A DNA stretch of 64,000 bases from a virus (Duplodnaviria > Caudoviricetes): positions 6,291 to 70,290 of the IMG/VR virus record IMGVR_UViG_3300038393_001822; one strand, written 5' to 3'. This document shows, piece by piece, positions 50,408 to 60,563 of the stretch (positions within the stretch are counted from its first letter, which is position 1; each line of letters opens with the position of its first letter). The translations under genes and the position numbers were made by a program. Under the pieces are notes generated by a model, which was given only the letters and a program-made list of their open reading frames with translations, searched no databases and was not told the origin of the DNA.

Positions 50408-53257
50408 TTGGTTAACTTGTATCAATTTGAAAATAAAGACATGAAATTCTCTAAGGATGGTCAATTAGATGAACTGATTGCTTTAGATAGATATACCATT
50501 CCTACATACGATGGTTATAAAGTTGGAGATATTGTGGTTGCTATTGTAGATAAAACAATGGGAACTAAAAAAGTAGCTGAGATTACAAAAGTTAATAATG
50601 AAACTTATGAAGTTAAAGATCGGTTTGGTGAAACACATACTGTAACGAAAGAATTAATGCATAAACCATTAGAAACTGAACCTTCGCAATTGTGGGAACG
50701 TTGGGCTAAAGGAGCAGCAAGCGTTGAAAAAACTCTTCAATTAAAACAAAAATGGGAAAATGAATTCCGTTGGTTATTTGATGGATATCGTTATTCATTA
50801 GGTGGACGTATTCAATTAATGTTAGGCCAAGAACATGTAACTGGTAAACGTGCTGACTTAACAGCTTATAATTGTTTTGTTATTAGATCACCAAGGGCTA
50901 AAAATAAAGCAGAAGATCAATTCCTTGATGTAGTAGATGTTGCATTTTATGAAGCTTCTATTATGCGTAGAGGTGGAGGATGTGGATTAAATATATCACA
51001 CATTAACACTGTAAAAGGAAGTAATTCAACCAAAGCATCATTTAAATTATTACTTGAAGAAGAACATAAAGATTCACAAGAATTACAAGATCGCATTAAA
51101 TTAGGCAAATTCGATGCTGTTGAAATTTATACTAATAAAGATGAATGGGAAAAAGCATTAGATAAAGCCAAGGATCAAGGACATAAAGTATATAAAGAAC
51201 ATGTAAAGGATTCTGTAGATGATTTATTTGATTCCTTAAAAACAACTGTAAAAGAATCTTATTATAATCAAGTTTTAGGTATTGATTTTACTAAATTACG
51301 TCATAGAGATGCAATTGTAAAAGGTGTGAACGGACGTTCATCTGGTGCAGTAAGTTGGATGGAATTATTTGTACTAATTGCTAAATTACTTCAACAAGAT
51401 ACAATTGATAACGTTGAATTTGCAGAGATATTTAGCGATATTGTTCACTTAATTATCCAAGGAGGAAGTCGCAGAGGAGCTTTGATGCTTATTTGCGAAG
51501 ATAGTAATCCTAATGTTTATAAATTTATGGAACGTAAAAAGCAAATGGGTTATTTATCAGGAGCAAATATTTCTGTTGGTATTTCTGATACATTCATGGA
51601 ACGTGTTAAATGTGCTAAGAAAGATTTAAAAGAAATGGTTGTTCCTAACAATGAAGATCAAAAAGCATTAAATTTATGGAATGTATTAATTGAATCAGCT
51701 TGGGCATCTGCTGAACCGGGAATTGTTTGGATGGAACGATATAATAAAGAATCAAATAGCTGGTATTTTCATGAGATTGTAGCCACAAATCCATGTGGAG
51801 AGCAGGGCTTGCCAGAATTTGGTGTTTGTAATTTAGGACACTTTGTACTATCAAGATTCCATGACAAAGAAAATAATGATGTATTATGGGATGATTTAGA
51901 AAGAGCAGTGAGAGTTGCTGTACGTTTACAAGATAATATTATTGATTATACTCAATATTTCTTAGAAGAAAATAAACAAGTTCAATTATCGGAACGTAGG
52001 GTTGGTATCGGCTCACTTGGATTAGGAACATTAATGATTCAATTAGGACTAAGATATGGATCAGATAAAGGTAATCAATTTGTAGATAAACTTTATAAAT
52101 TTATTGCTGAGAAAGCATATGAAGCCTCCATGGATTATGCGAAAGAAAAAGGAACATTCCCTGAATACGATTATGAAAAATTTATCCAAAGTGGATTTAT
52201 GCAAAAATTACTTGCAGAATTCCCACATTTACATAATAAACTAAAAGAAACTGGTATCCGAAATGTTACTTTACTAACTCAAGCTCCAACTGGTTCAACT
52301 GGTACATATATTGATAATATTCCAGAATTTCGCAAGCAATTTGGTGGAACTACTACAGGTATTGAACCTTACTTCTCTTGGGAATATTGGAGAGCAGGAC
52401 GTTTAGGAATCACTAAGCAAACTGTTGATTTAGCTAAAGAATACATGGATAAAAACGGATTGACTGATATTAAGGAACTTCCTGAACACTTTGTAACTGC
52501 AATGGATTTACTTCCATCTGATCATGTTAAAGTTCAAGCTGCAGTACAAAAATGGACTGATTCATCTATTAGTAAAACTGCTAACTGCCCTAATGATTAT
52601 ACAATTGAACAAACTGATGAATTATACATGCTTTCTTATGATTTAGGATTAAAAGGAATGACAATCTATCGTGATGGTAGTCGCCAAGCTCAAGTATTAG
52701 CAACTAAAGAAGAAGATGCTAAATTAGAAAGTCATATTGAGGCAGAAAAACTTAAAGAAATTAAAGAAAATGAACAAATAGATGTTAAAGAAGTGAAACA
52801 ATATGATCCTTCAATGCTAATTAAAAAACGTCCTAAACGTTTATATGGATTTACTGATAAAGTAGGATTCTCATATGGTGATAAGTTTGGTCGTGCATAT
52901 GTAACTATTAATCTTAATGAGGGAATTCCTTGGGAAGTGTTCATTTCTACTAAAGAAAAAGAGGTTAGTAGTTTAGCTAAAGCATTAGGTTTAATGACAA
53001 CTAAATTGTTACGTCTTGGTGGAACTAGTGATAACCTTCAACAAGCAATTGATACACTTACATATGATCAAACAATGGGAACATTACCAAGTGCAATTGC
53101 AAATATTTTAAGTCAAATCCAAAAAGAAAATATGGAAATTGAAATTAAATCAGGTAAAAAGAAATTTGAATTAGCTGAATGCCCTAATTGTGGCGAAAAA
53201 GCATACGATAAGGGGAATTGTATCTGTCACGCTTGTGGAGTAAGTAAATGTAATTAA
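50408..53257 (+). CDS. nrdJ: class II (B12-dependent) ribonucleotide reductase
   Basis: TNPCGEQ, APTGS, GIEP; C-terminal TSCPD-like region and Zn ribbon; no beta-subunit gene nearby. Confidence 0.85.
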   Translation: MVNLYQFENKDMKFSKDGQLDELIALDRYTIPTYDGYKVGDIVVAIVDKTMGTKKVAEITKVNNETYEVKDRFGETHTVTKELMHKPLETEPSQLWERWAKGAASVEKTLQLKQKWENEFRWLFDGYRYSLGGRIQLMLGQEHVTGKRADLTAYNCFVIRSPRAKNKAEDQFLDVVDVAFYEASIMRRGGGCGLNISHINTVKGSNSTKASFKLLLEEEHKDSQELQDRIKLGKFDAVEIYTNKDEWEKALDKAKDQGHKVYKEHVKDSVDDLFDSLKTTVKESYYNQVLGIDFTKLRHRDAIVKGVNGRSSGAVSWMELFVLIAKLLQQDTIDNVEFAEIFSDIVHLIIQGGSRRGALMLICEDSNPNVYKFMERKKQMGYLSGANISVGISDTFMERVKCAKKDLKEMVVPNNEDQKALNLWNVLIESAWASAEPGIVWMERYNKESNSWYFHEIVATNPCGEQGLPEFGVCNLGHFVLSRFHDKENNDVLWDDLERAVRVAVRLQDNIIDYTQYFLEENKQVQLSERRVGIGSLGLGTLMIQLGLRYGSDKGNQFVDKLYKFIAEKAYEASMDYAKEKGTFPEYDYEKFIQSGFMQKLLAEFPHLHNKLKETGIRNVTLLTQAPTGSTGTYIDNIPEFRKQFGGTTTGIEPYFSWEYWRAGRLGITKQTVDLAKEYMDKNGLTDIKELPEHFVTAMDLLPSDHVKVQAAVQKWTDSSISKTANCPNDYTIEQTDELYMLSYDLGLKGMTIYRDGSRQAQVLATKEEDAKLESHIEAEKLKEIKENEQIDVKEVKQYDPSMLIKKRPKRLYGFTDKVGFSYGDKFGRAYVTINLNEGIPWEVFISTKEKEVSSLAKALGLMTTKLLRLGGTSDNLQQAIDTLTYDQTMGTLPSAIANILSQIQKENMEIEIKSGKKKFELAECPNCGEKAYDKGNCICHACGVSKCN

Positions 53258-53272
53258 TTGGAGGAATAGAAA

Positions 53273-53515
53273 TTGAGTAAGATTATTAAGTTTTCAAGAG
53301 TAGGATGTACACCATGTAAAATCATGACAAATTATCTTCACGATAAAGGTACAGATTATCAAGAATTAGATGTTGAAGAAGATGCGCAATTGGCAACTAA
53401 ATATGGAATTGCAAGTGTACCATCATTGTTGTTGATTGATGAAAACGGTAAAATATTAGAACGTGTAGTTGGATTTAATCCAGAGGGTATCGATTATTTA
53501 GTTTCAAGACAATAA
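53273..53515 (+). CDS. thioredoxin/glutaredoxin-like protein
   Basis: CTPC; SVPSL. Confidence 0.85.
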   Translation: MSKIIKFSRVGCTPCKIMTNYLHDKGTDYQELDVEEDAQLATKYGIASVPSLLLIDENGKILERVVGFNPEGIDYLVSRQ

Positions 53516-53562
53516 GAAATAAGGGGAGACTTGTTCTCCTCTTTCTAAATAATTTAATATAA

Positions 53563-54012
53563 TTGAATAAAAGGAGAATATTAATGCAAATCAAAATCAA
53601 ATATTTTAATGAAAACTTACCTAAAATAGAAAAAATCGCTACAGGAGATTGGTGTGACCTTCGAGCTGCAGAAACTATCGAATTAAAACAATTTGAATAT
53701 AAAATGATTCCACTTGGAGTGGGCATGATTTTACCCGATGGACATGAAGCAAATATTGTACCACGTTCAAGTACCTTCAAGAATTTTGGTATTTTACAAA
53801 CTAACTCTTTTGCTGTAATTGATAATTCATACTCAGGAAACGATGATCAATGGCACTTTCCAGCATTAGCCATGAGAGATACAGTGATAAACGAGGGCGA
53901 CCGTATTTGTCAATTCCGTATTAATGGAAAAATGCCCGAAGTTGAATTTGAAACTGTAATTGAACTAAATGAAGTTTCTAGAGGTGGTTTCGGCAGTACT
54001 GGCACAAATTAA
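53563..54012 (+). CDS. dut: trimeric dUTPase (likely start 53584)
   Basis: [25 protein letters not shown]. Confidence 0.9.
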   Translation: MNKRRILMQIKIKYFNENLPKIEKIATGDWCDLRAAETIELKQFEYKMIPLGVGMILPDGHEANIVPRSSTFKNFGILQTNSFAVIDNSYSGNDDQWHFPALAMRDTVINEGDRICQFRINGKMPEVEFETVIELNEVSRGGFGSTGTN

Positions 54013-54243
54013 GGAGTTGATCCCTTGCCTAATGAATTAATCGAAACATTAACAAATATAAAAAGTGTTGACTTAATGAAATCCTTACTCATGAATATGA
54101 CAAGTCAAGATATACTTAAATTATTGGATTTACTTGAATATACGGATAATGACACGAAATCAAGATGGCTACAGGCTTATAATGAGTTAATGAAAATAAG
54201 TTAGGGAAGGGTTATGCTCTTCCCTTTTTATAGGAGATAAATT

Positions 54244-54813
54244 TTGAATCCAGAAGAATTATATTTTAAATATGAATACTTAGCAAAAGCGACTTTATAT
54301 CATATGTTCCCATCACCGATGTCAATTGCTAAAAAACATAGATTAGAATTTGATGACTTACTCCAGTATGCTAAAACTGGCATATGGTTAGCTGTAACTA
54401 AGTACAATCCAGAAAAGAACTGTAAATTTTCATCATATTGTATATCGTATGTGCGTTGGCATGTGACCGAGCGTCTAAACAGGGAATGTTGTATTTTTAA
54501 GGTAAATAGTAATACTCATGATTGGAATAATATGTACGAAGTTATTTCAATAGATGATAAAAGTGATGAAAGTCATAGTTTACATGAAATAATTGCATCA
54601 GATAATAAAGTTGAAGAAAATGTACTGGGTAGAATAGGTGAAGAATTACTTTTAAGTAAGTTAACTGAAAGACAAATACATATTATTAGAATGCAAGAAA
54701 AAGGATTGTCATTAAGAAAAATTGGTAAAGAGTTAGGAATGACCGGAGAAAATGTACGTTATCACCTTAAAAAAGCACAAAAACAATTAAAAGATTATAG
54801 TGAGGTTGTTTAA
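54244..54813 (+). CDS. sigma-70 family sigma factor
   Basis: DDLLQYAKTGIWLAVTKYNP...KFSSY region 2; LTERQ...SLRKIGKELG region 4. Confidence 0.85.
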   Translation: MNPEELYFKYEYLAKATLYHMFPSPMSIAKKHRLEFDDLLQYAKTGIWLAVTKYNPEKNCKFSSYCISYVRWHVTERLNRECCIFKVNSNTHDWNNMYEVISIDDKSDESHSLHEIIASDNKVEENVLGRIGEELLLSKLTERQIHIIRMQEKGLSLRKIGKELGMTGENVRYHLKKAQKQLKDYSEVV

Positions 54814-55656
54814 ATGAGTTATGTTGATAGTATTTTTATTGAAAATCTTGTTGATATTCTCGAAGAAGATTGGGAAATTGATAATCGTTCGAAGTGGAAC
54901 AACGGAGAGCAACCTAAAACAAAACGCATTCTACAGATATATAATTATTATGATTTATCTAAAGGTTTTCCAATTTTAAGTTTAAGGAATATTAATTATA
55001 AGGCAGCTATCGATGAGATGTTGTGGATATATTCTAAAATGTCTAATAATGTAAATGACCTAAATAGTAAGATATGGGATAGTTGGAAAAATGAAAATCA
55101 TGAAATAGAAAAAGCATATGGATATCAAATTGCTAAACCAACAATGGGATTCCCTTCTCAGATACATTATATAATAAATGAAATTAAAACTAATCCAACC
55201 AGTAGACGAATTCAAATGAATATGTTTAAGTCTGAAGATCAAGAGACTAAAGCAAAAAAATCATTAATTGAATGTGCATACGCAACACATTTTTCAGTTA
55301 AGAATGGAAAATTACATATGACATTAATACAACGTTCTGGAGACTTTTTAACAGCAGCAGGAAGTGGAGGATGGAATGTAGTGCAATATGCAGCGTTACA
55401 ACATGCTATTGCTAAAGAATGTGGTTTAGATGTAGGTGTATTTACTCATTTTGTTCAAGATTTACATCTATATAATAAACATGAACAACAAGCAAGAGAA
55501 TTAATTAAACGATACGATGAAAATAACTTATGGGATTCTGAATTACCTAAGTTAAAAATAGCAGATAAACCATTCTTTGAATTAACAACAGATGATTTTG
55601 AATTAGTAGGATATAATCCACTTGGGGGAATAGGGAGGATAAATGTAACTGTATGA
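54814..55656 (+). CDS. thyA: thymidylate synthase
   Basis: KAYGYQ, SRRI, QRSGD, WNVVQY, HLYNKH. Confidence 0.9.
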   Translation: MSYVDSIFIENLVDILEEDWEIDNRSKWNNGEQPKTKRILQIYNYYDLSKGFPILSLRNINYKAAIDEMLWIYSKMSNNVNDLNSKIWDSWKNENHEIEKAYGYQIAKPTMGFPSQIHYIINEIKTNPTSRRIQMNMFKSEDQETKAKKSLIECAYATHFSVKNGKLHMTLIQRSGDFLTAAGSGGWNVVQYAALQHAIAKECGLDVGVFTHFVQDLHLYNKHEQQARELIKRYDENNLWDSELPKLKIADKPFFELTTDDFELVGYNPLGGIGRINVTV

Positions 55657-56156
55657 TCAATCTCATTGCTTGTGTTGATTTAAATAATGCCATTGGCCAT
55701 AAAAATCAATTACTATGTAATTTACCTTCAGACATGAAACGTTTTAAAGAATTAACTACTGGACAATTTTGTGTGATGGGAAGAAAAACATATGAGTCAA
55801 TTGGTAAACCATTACCAAACAGACATAATGTAATTGTTACCCGGAATGTTAAATATCAAGCACCGCCCGAAACACATGTATATACAAGTCTAGGAGAAGT
55901 TATCTTTGAATATAAGGCTTATAATAACAATGAAAATGAATTGTTTATTTGTGGAGGAGCCGATATCTATAAACAAGCATTAGAATATACCGAAAGAATA
56001 TACTTAACTATTATAAACCATGCATTTCCTAAAGCAGATGCATTTTTTCCTGCATTTAATATTGCAGAATGGAAAGTTATTGATCATGAGCATCATAAAA
56101 TGGACAGTGAACATCTATATAACTACCATTTTGTAACATATGAACGAAGAAAATAA
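55653..56156 (+). CDS. dfrA: dihydrofolate reductase
   Basis: AIG..NQL...SDMKRFK, MGRKTYESI..PLPNRHN, ICGGADIY. Confidence 0.95.
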   Translation: MINLIACVDLNNAIGHKNQLLCNLPSDMKRFKELTTGQFCVMGRKTYESIGKPLPNRHNVIVTRNVKYQAPPETHVYTSLGEVIFEYKAYNNNENELFICGGADIYKQALEYTERIYLTIINHAFPKADAFFPAFNIAEWKVIDHEHHKMDSEHLYNYHFVTYERRK

Positions 56157-56181
56157 AAAACAAATAATTTAATAATAACGC

Positions 56182-56210
56182 TTGATTAAATACAATTAAT
56201 TTGATAATAT
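56182..56210 (+). promoter_or_regulatory. sigmaA-type promoter of the repeated family
   Basis: ttgatt-17-taatat with aattaatttga spacer. Confidence 0.65.
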
Positions 56211-56445
56211 ATGAGTAAGGGAAATACTTCCTTACTCTTTTTAATAGAATGTGAGGTGAGAATATGAATCAACCAATCTTTAGAGATGGAAATGGTCGCA
56301 TAGTTGGTGGAATTAATGAATGGTTTAATGATGAAGATGAATCCTATTTTGATTTTAAAGTAGATAAAGATGATGTTAGATTTCCTGTACATAATCAATA
56401 TGAATGCAGCGATGTGAAAATTAGCAACATTTATGATAAATAAGT

Positions 56446-56517
56446 AAAAGTTTGTGAAAAGTTAAGTTTACAAACATTGATATATCAACGTTCTTTAGAC
56501 GAATTTCACAAACTTTT
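56446..56517. repeat. long hairpin element (copy 2)
   Basis: aaaagtttgtgaaa / tttcacaaactttt with central palindrome ttgatatatcaa (56477-56488). Confidence 0.8.
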
Positions 56518-56576
56518 TATAATAAAATTGTAGTTTTATTAGATATTTATTTGAAACAAAAGACGACACAAAAGAG

Positions 56577-57423
56577 GTGGTTATATTGTTATGGTGGATA
56601 ATAGGAATTTATCTATTAATTGGATTAATTGTTTATATTACTTTTTTGATTATAGAACCTGTAATCATTGAAGCACCTTGGTTAATTCCTGTAATGATAC
56701 TTTTATTTCCAGTTGTTATTTATGTACTTATGGCAATACGAGATGACTTAAAAAATGGCAAAGGTGGAAGATGGATTTAGTTCATCTTTCGAACAAACTG
56801 GAATGAAAATATGTCATAAGGAGGATTTATGAAAATACAAAAGATTGAAGGTTTATGGTACTTATATGTGCTTAGTTATCGCTATTCATCACCTAGATTA
56901 TGGGATGTTATCAAAGCAGTAATAAAATACAAATTAAAGTTTAAAGAATGGTACAAATAATGTCGTCTTTCGATGATAGAAAGGAGAAAGACAATTGACA
57001 ATTAAAGATATTTTAAATACTCCAATTAATGAGATGTGGAGAGCAATAAGTCCTTTTGCAATCGGTTATTTAATATTCTTCTGTGTGGTTTCTGTAGTAG
57101 TTATATCATTTATTATTTTTGTTTTTATTCAAATAATTAAAGGGCATAAAGAGCTTAACCGAATGAAGAATGAACGTATGAAAAGGAAATGGTAACGACG
57201 TACTTCAAACAAAAGAAACCATAAATTTTAATTATTTGGAGTGATGCATATGAATAGAGAACTATTAGATTATGATCAAATTCTTTATAATGAAGCGATT
57301 TATGAATTAGAAAAGAATTGGAACAGGGCTTTAACGGATCATGAAAAAGAAATTGTAAAGTTTGGATATAGATATGGACGCACAGTAGAATCTGAGCAGG
57401 ATTTTGTATTGTGGAATAAGTAA
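56577..57423 (+). other. small membrane/hypothetical CDS (56577-56780, 56995-57195, 57241-57423)
   Basis: ORF track; TM segments. Confidence 0.55.
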
Positions 57424-57435
57424 GGAAGTGATTGA

Positions 57436-57972
57436 TTGGCTAAGAATCCCGGTAAAAGTTTTGAAGAGGATATGAAACAAAGTGCGAAGGATCAAGGGAT
57501 ATTCTTTTACAGAATTAAAGATGTTCCAACAATGATGCTTAAACCTAATGCAAAAGTAAGTCAAAATGATTTTGATAGCTTCATATATAAGAAGCCTAAT
57601 TTATTCCCTATAGAGTTAAAATCAACTGCAAATAAATCAATATCATTCCAAGAGAAGATAATCAAGAAGCACCAAATAGATGCTTTAAAAAATGCAGCAG
57701 AGTATGATGGTCTAATTGCTGGATTTATTTTCAACTTTAGGGAATATGATAATTTTACTGCGTTTGTACATATAAAAGATTTTCTTGAAATTCAATACTT
57801 ATCTCAAAAACAAATAAGTGAGCATAGATTTAAAGGTAAACTAAACAAAAGTAGCATTGGATTGGACATATGTAAAGAAGTTGGAATTGAAATTAATCAT
57901 TATAAGAAAAAGGTTAAGTACCGTTATTACATAAAACAATTGTTAGATAGTCTCATAGAAAAATATAAGTAA
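57436..57972 (+). CDS. recU: RecU-family Holliday junction resolvase
   Basis: GKSFEE, FDSF, IELKST, IKKHQI..L. Confidence 0.8.
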   Translation: MAKNPGKSFEEDMKQSAKDQGIFFYRIKDVPTMMLKPNAKVSQNDFDSFIYKKPNLFPIELKSTANKSISFQEKIIKKHQIDALKNAAEYDGLIAGFIFNFREYDNFTAFVHIKDFLEIQYLSQKQISEHRFKGKLNKSSIGLDICKEVGIEINHYKKKVKYRYYIKQLLDSLIEKYK

Positions 57973-58008
57973 TAGGACAATCTATAATTTTCATACATAT
58001 ATTTTGAG

Positions 58009-58200
58009 GTGTGGAGGATGGGTAAGTTAGTCAAACTTAAGGGGGAAACCTTTGAAGTTAAAGAAGATGAAGAACGTATTTATTTTACTGAAGTATCAGA
58101 TAGAAAAATTAAAGCACATTTTACCATTAGCAAAAATAAGGAAGATAATAAAAAAGCCGAATATGGATTAAAAGTATTCTGGACAGAAGTCTATTCATGA
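58009..58200 (+). CDS. hypothetical protein upstream of the integrase
   Basis: ORF track. Confidence 0.55.
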   Translation: MWRMGKLVKLKGETFEVKEDEERIYFTEVSDRKIKAHFTISKNKEDNKKAEYGLKVFWTEVYS

Positions 58201-58275
58201 TTTCTGTCTTTTATTTTGTGGTGTATTTTGTGTTATAATATAGGCGAATGATACGGGAGAAAAGGAGTTTTATTT

Positions 58276-59889
58276 ATGGATAAGAAAAGGGTATGGTGCT
58301 TATATCGTGTTTCTACAAAGAAACAAGTAGATACTGAAGACGATATTCCAATGCAAAGAACAGCATGTCATAATTATGTTGCTAACAAGCCTGAATGGGA
58401 AATTACAAATGAATTGTACGAAAAGGGTATATCTGGATGGAAAACGAAAGTTGATGATCGGGATGCTTTAAACGAAATTAAAGAGGCAGCTATTAAAGGT
58501 AAATTTGACATTCTTTTGGTATTTATGTTGGACAGGCTAGGAAGAAGAGAAGATGAAACTCCATTAGTAGTAAATTTTTTACATGAAAAAGGGATAGAAG
58601 TTTGGTCAACAACTGACCATAAAAGAAGTGTTGAGTCTCACGTAGATAAATTAATAACATATATTGGATTTTGGCAATCTTCCGGAGAGAGCTTGAAAAC
58701 TTCGATGCGTGTTAGAGAATCAAAGAAAATACTCAGTGAGCAAGGTTATTTTCAAGGAGGAACGCCACCTTATGGTTTCAAAGTATTTGAGACTGATCAG
58801 AAACATTGGAAAAATAAAGATAGATATCTCAAAGAATTAATTCCTGATGAATATGAATCTAAAATTTTGAAGTTAATGTTTGAGTGGTATGTAAATCATC
58901 ATATGGGATATAGAAAAATTGTAGATAAATTAAATGATGAAGGATATAAATCAAGGAATGGAAAACCATGGAGAGTAAATACTGTACAGAGGGCAATAAT
59001 CAATCCGATTTGTATTGGATTAGTAAAATACAATAGTTTTGATGGTGAATTAGAATTCCAACCATATAATGAAAAATTAAGAATTGTTTCAGATGAAATT
59101 TATTATAAAGCTGAAGAAATTAGAACAAAACGTAAGGACTCCCTTCATGATCAGGATAAAGAAGGAATTCCATTAGCAGGAAGATTAATGGTTTCTGGAT
59201 TAGCTTATTGTGGATACTGTGGAGCAAAGCTAAGTGGTAATTATTTATACAGAAAAAATCAAAAACCATATAATCACAATGAACACTACATTAATAAAAT
59301 TTATCGATATCGTTGTCCGTTAAATAACGGGAAAATTGAACATGAACAAAATATGTTTGGTGCTAAAAAGTACGACAAAATTACTATTGACCGAATTAAG
59401 TTTTATTTATCGTTTATTGATATTAAAAAATTTATAGATATTAATATTAGTAAGAAAAAAGATGAAATCGAATTAAAGAGTAAAGCCTTATCTGATCTAA
59501 TAAAAGATAAAGGTAATTTTGAAAAACAATTAGTTAAACTCAATGGAGAAATAGCAAATTCATTGTTAGGTAATAGTGCATTTACACCGGAACAATTATC
59601 AGGGGCAATTAATTCATTGAATACTCAAATGAAAGATATTGACGAAAAGATTGATAAAATTAAAATAGAAATTGAACATGAGAAAAATAATAATTATGAC
59701 ATTAATACAGTTGCTAGTGAATTAGAAAATTGGTCGGAAAAATTTGATGAATCCGATGATGATTTAAAAAAAGCAATGCTATCGAGAATTGTTAACAGAG
59801 TGGAGTTTAAAAAAGAAGATGTGACTATTCATTTTAACTTATTAGTTGAAGAGTTGATTCAGCAAAGTATGGGAGAGGTTGTAAAATGA
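58276..59889 (+). CDS. large serine recombinase (phage integrase, SprA-like role)
   Basis: YRVST, ISG, DRLGR, GGTPPYGF, SGLAYCGYCG Zn ribbon, coiled coil. Confidence 0.95.
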   Translation: MDKKRVWCLYRVSTKKQVDTEDDIPMQRTACHNYVANKPEWEITNELYEKGISGWKTKVDDRDALNEIKEAAIKGKFDILLVFMLDRLGRREDETPLVVNFLHEKGIEVWSTTDHKRSVESHVDKLITYIGFWQSSGESLKTSMRVRESKKILSEQGYFQGGTPPYGFKVFETDQKHWKNKDRYLKELIPDEYESKILKLMFEWYVNHHMGYRKIVDKLNDEGYKSRNGKPWRVNTVQRAIINPICIGLVKYNSFDGELEFQPYNEKLRIVSDEIYYKAEEIRTKRKDSLHDQDKEGIPLAGRLMVSGLAYCGYCGAKLSGNYLYRKNQKPYNHNEHYINKIYRYRCPLNNGKIEHEQNMFGAKKYDKITIDRIKFYLSFIDIKKFIDINISKKKDEIELKSKALSDLIKDKGNFEKQLVKLNGEIANSLLGNSAFTPEQLSGAINSLNTQMKDIDEKIDKIKIEIEHEKNNNYDINTVASELENWSEKFDESDDDLKKAMLSRIVNRVEFKKEDVTIHFNLLVEELIQQSMGEVVK

Positions 59890-59902
59890 CCTCTTTTTTC
59901 TT

Positions 59903-59964
59903 TTAAAGTAGTGTATTATGTTACCGGATGCAAAAGCGAATGGTACTGTAATACACTACTTTAA
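59903..59964. other. putative attP
   Basis: 16-bp perfect arms ttaaagtagtgtatta / taatacactactttaa around a 30-nt core with central AA, directly after the integrase. Confidence 0.8.
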
Positions 59965-60030
59965 GTAAAGGGGAAGAAGGGGAGAAGGGAGGTTTAATTC
60001 CCTTCTTTTTTTATACATAAAATCTATATT

Positions 60031-60375
60031 TTAATTAAGTGATTTAAGTGCAGCATCTATATATTCAACTGCGTCTTTCTTAGTAACACCATTAAATTAT
60101 AAATTTGTCTTTTCTTCCAGTGATCGAATGTATGACCATTGTTTACTTGATGGTAAATCATTTGATAAATCTGGATATGGAAAACTTTCATGTTCACGTT
60201 CAATTTTACGTTTAATTGATTTATTTTCCTTTATCATTTGGTTAGCTTTTTCAATAAAGTTTATTGCTTGTTGTTTAGTTGTTCCGTAAAATCTTAATCC
60301 AGTTTTTCTTTCTAATATGTTAATGTATGACAATTGTTTTTCTGTAGGAGGGTCTAGCTGTTTATTAGTAAACAT
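60031..60375 (-). pseudogene. two-repeat small protein interrupted by an in-frame TAA (60097-60099)
   Basis: Repeat 1 PTEKQLSYINILERKTGLRFYGTTKQQAINFI; repeat 2 PSSKQWSYIRSLEEKTNL*FNGVTKKDAVEYI. Confidence 0.7.
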
Positions 60376-60563
60376 ATGAATACATCCTTAATTTAAAAAA
60401 TAATAATTGGAAAGGGGTGTGGGGAAAACCAAGGGTTGGTTTCGAGTGCAGTTCTCGAAAGTGACCTTTCCCCACTTATGTAATTTACAACTTAAAATTT
60501 TACCATTTTTCTCTACTAGTGTATTTAAGGTTTATATTATAGTATAGAAGAATGGTAATTTTT

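Noticed and set aside
50408-55656. Introns or inteins in nrdJ or thyA (common in SPbeta-like phages)
   Set aside because: Both ORFs are continuous and of plausible length, with no intein C/S...HN motifs noticed
4699-60099. Stop-codon (TAA) reassignment suggested by in-frame TAAs at 4699 and 60097
   Set aside because: Most intact genes here end in TAA, including core ones, so point mutation is far more likely
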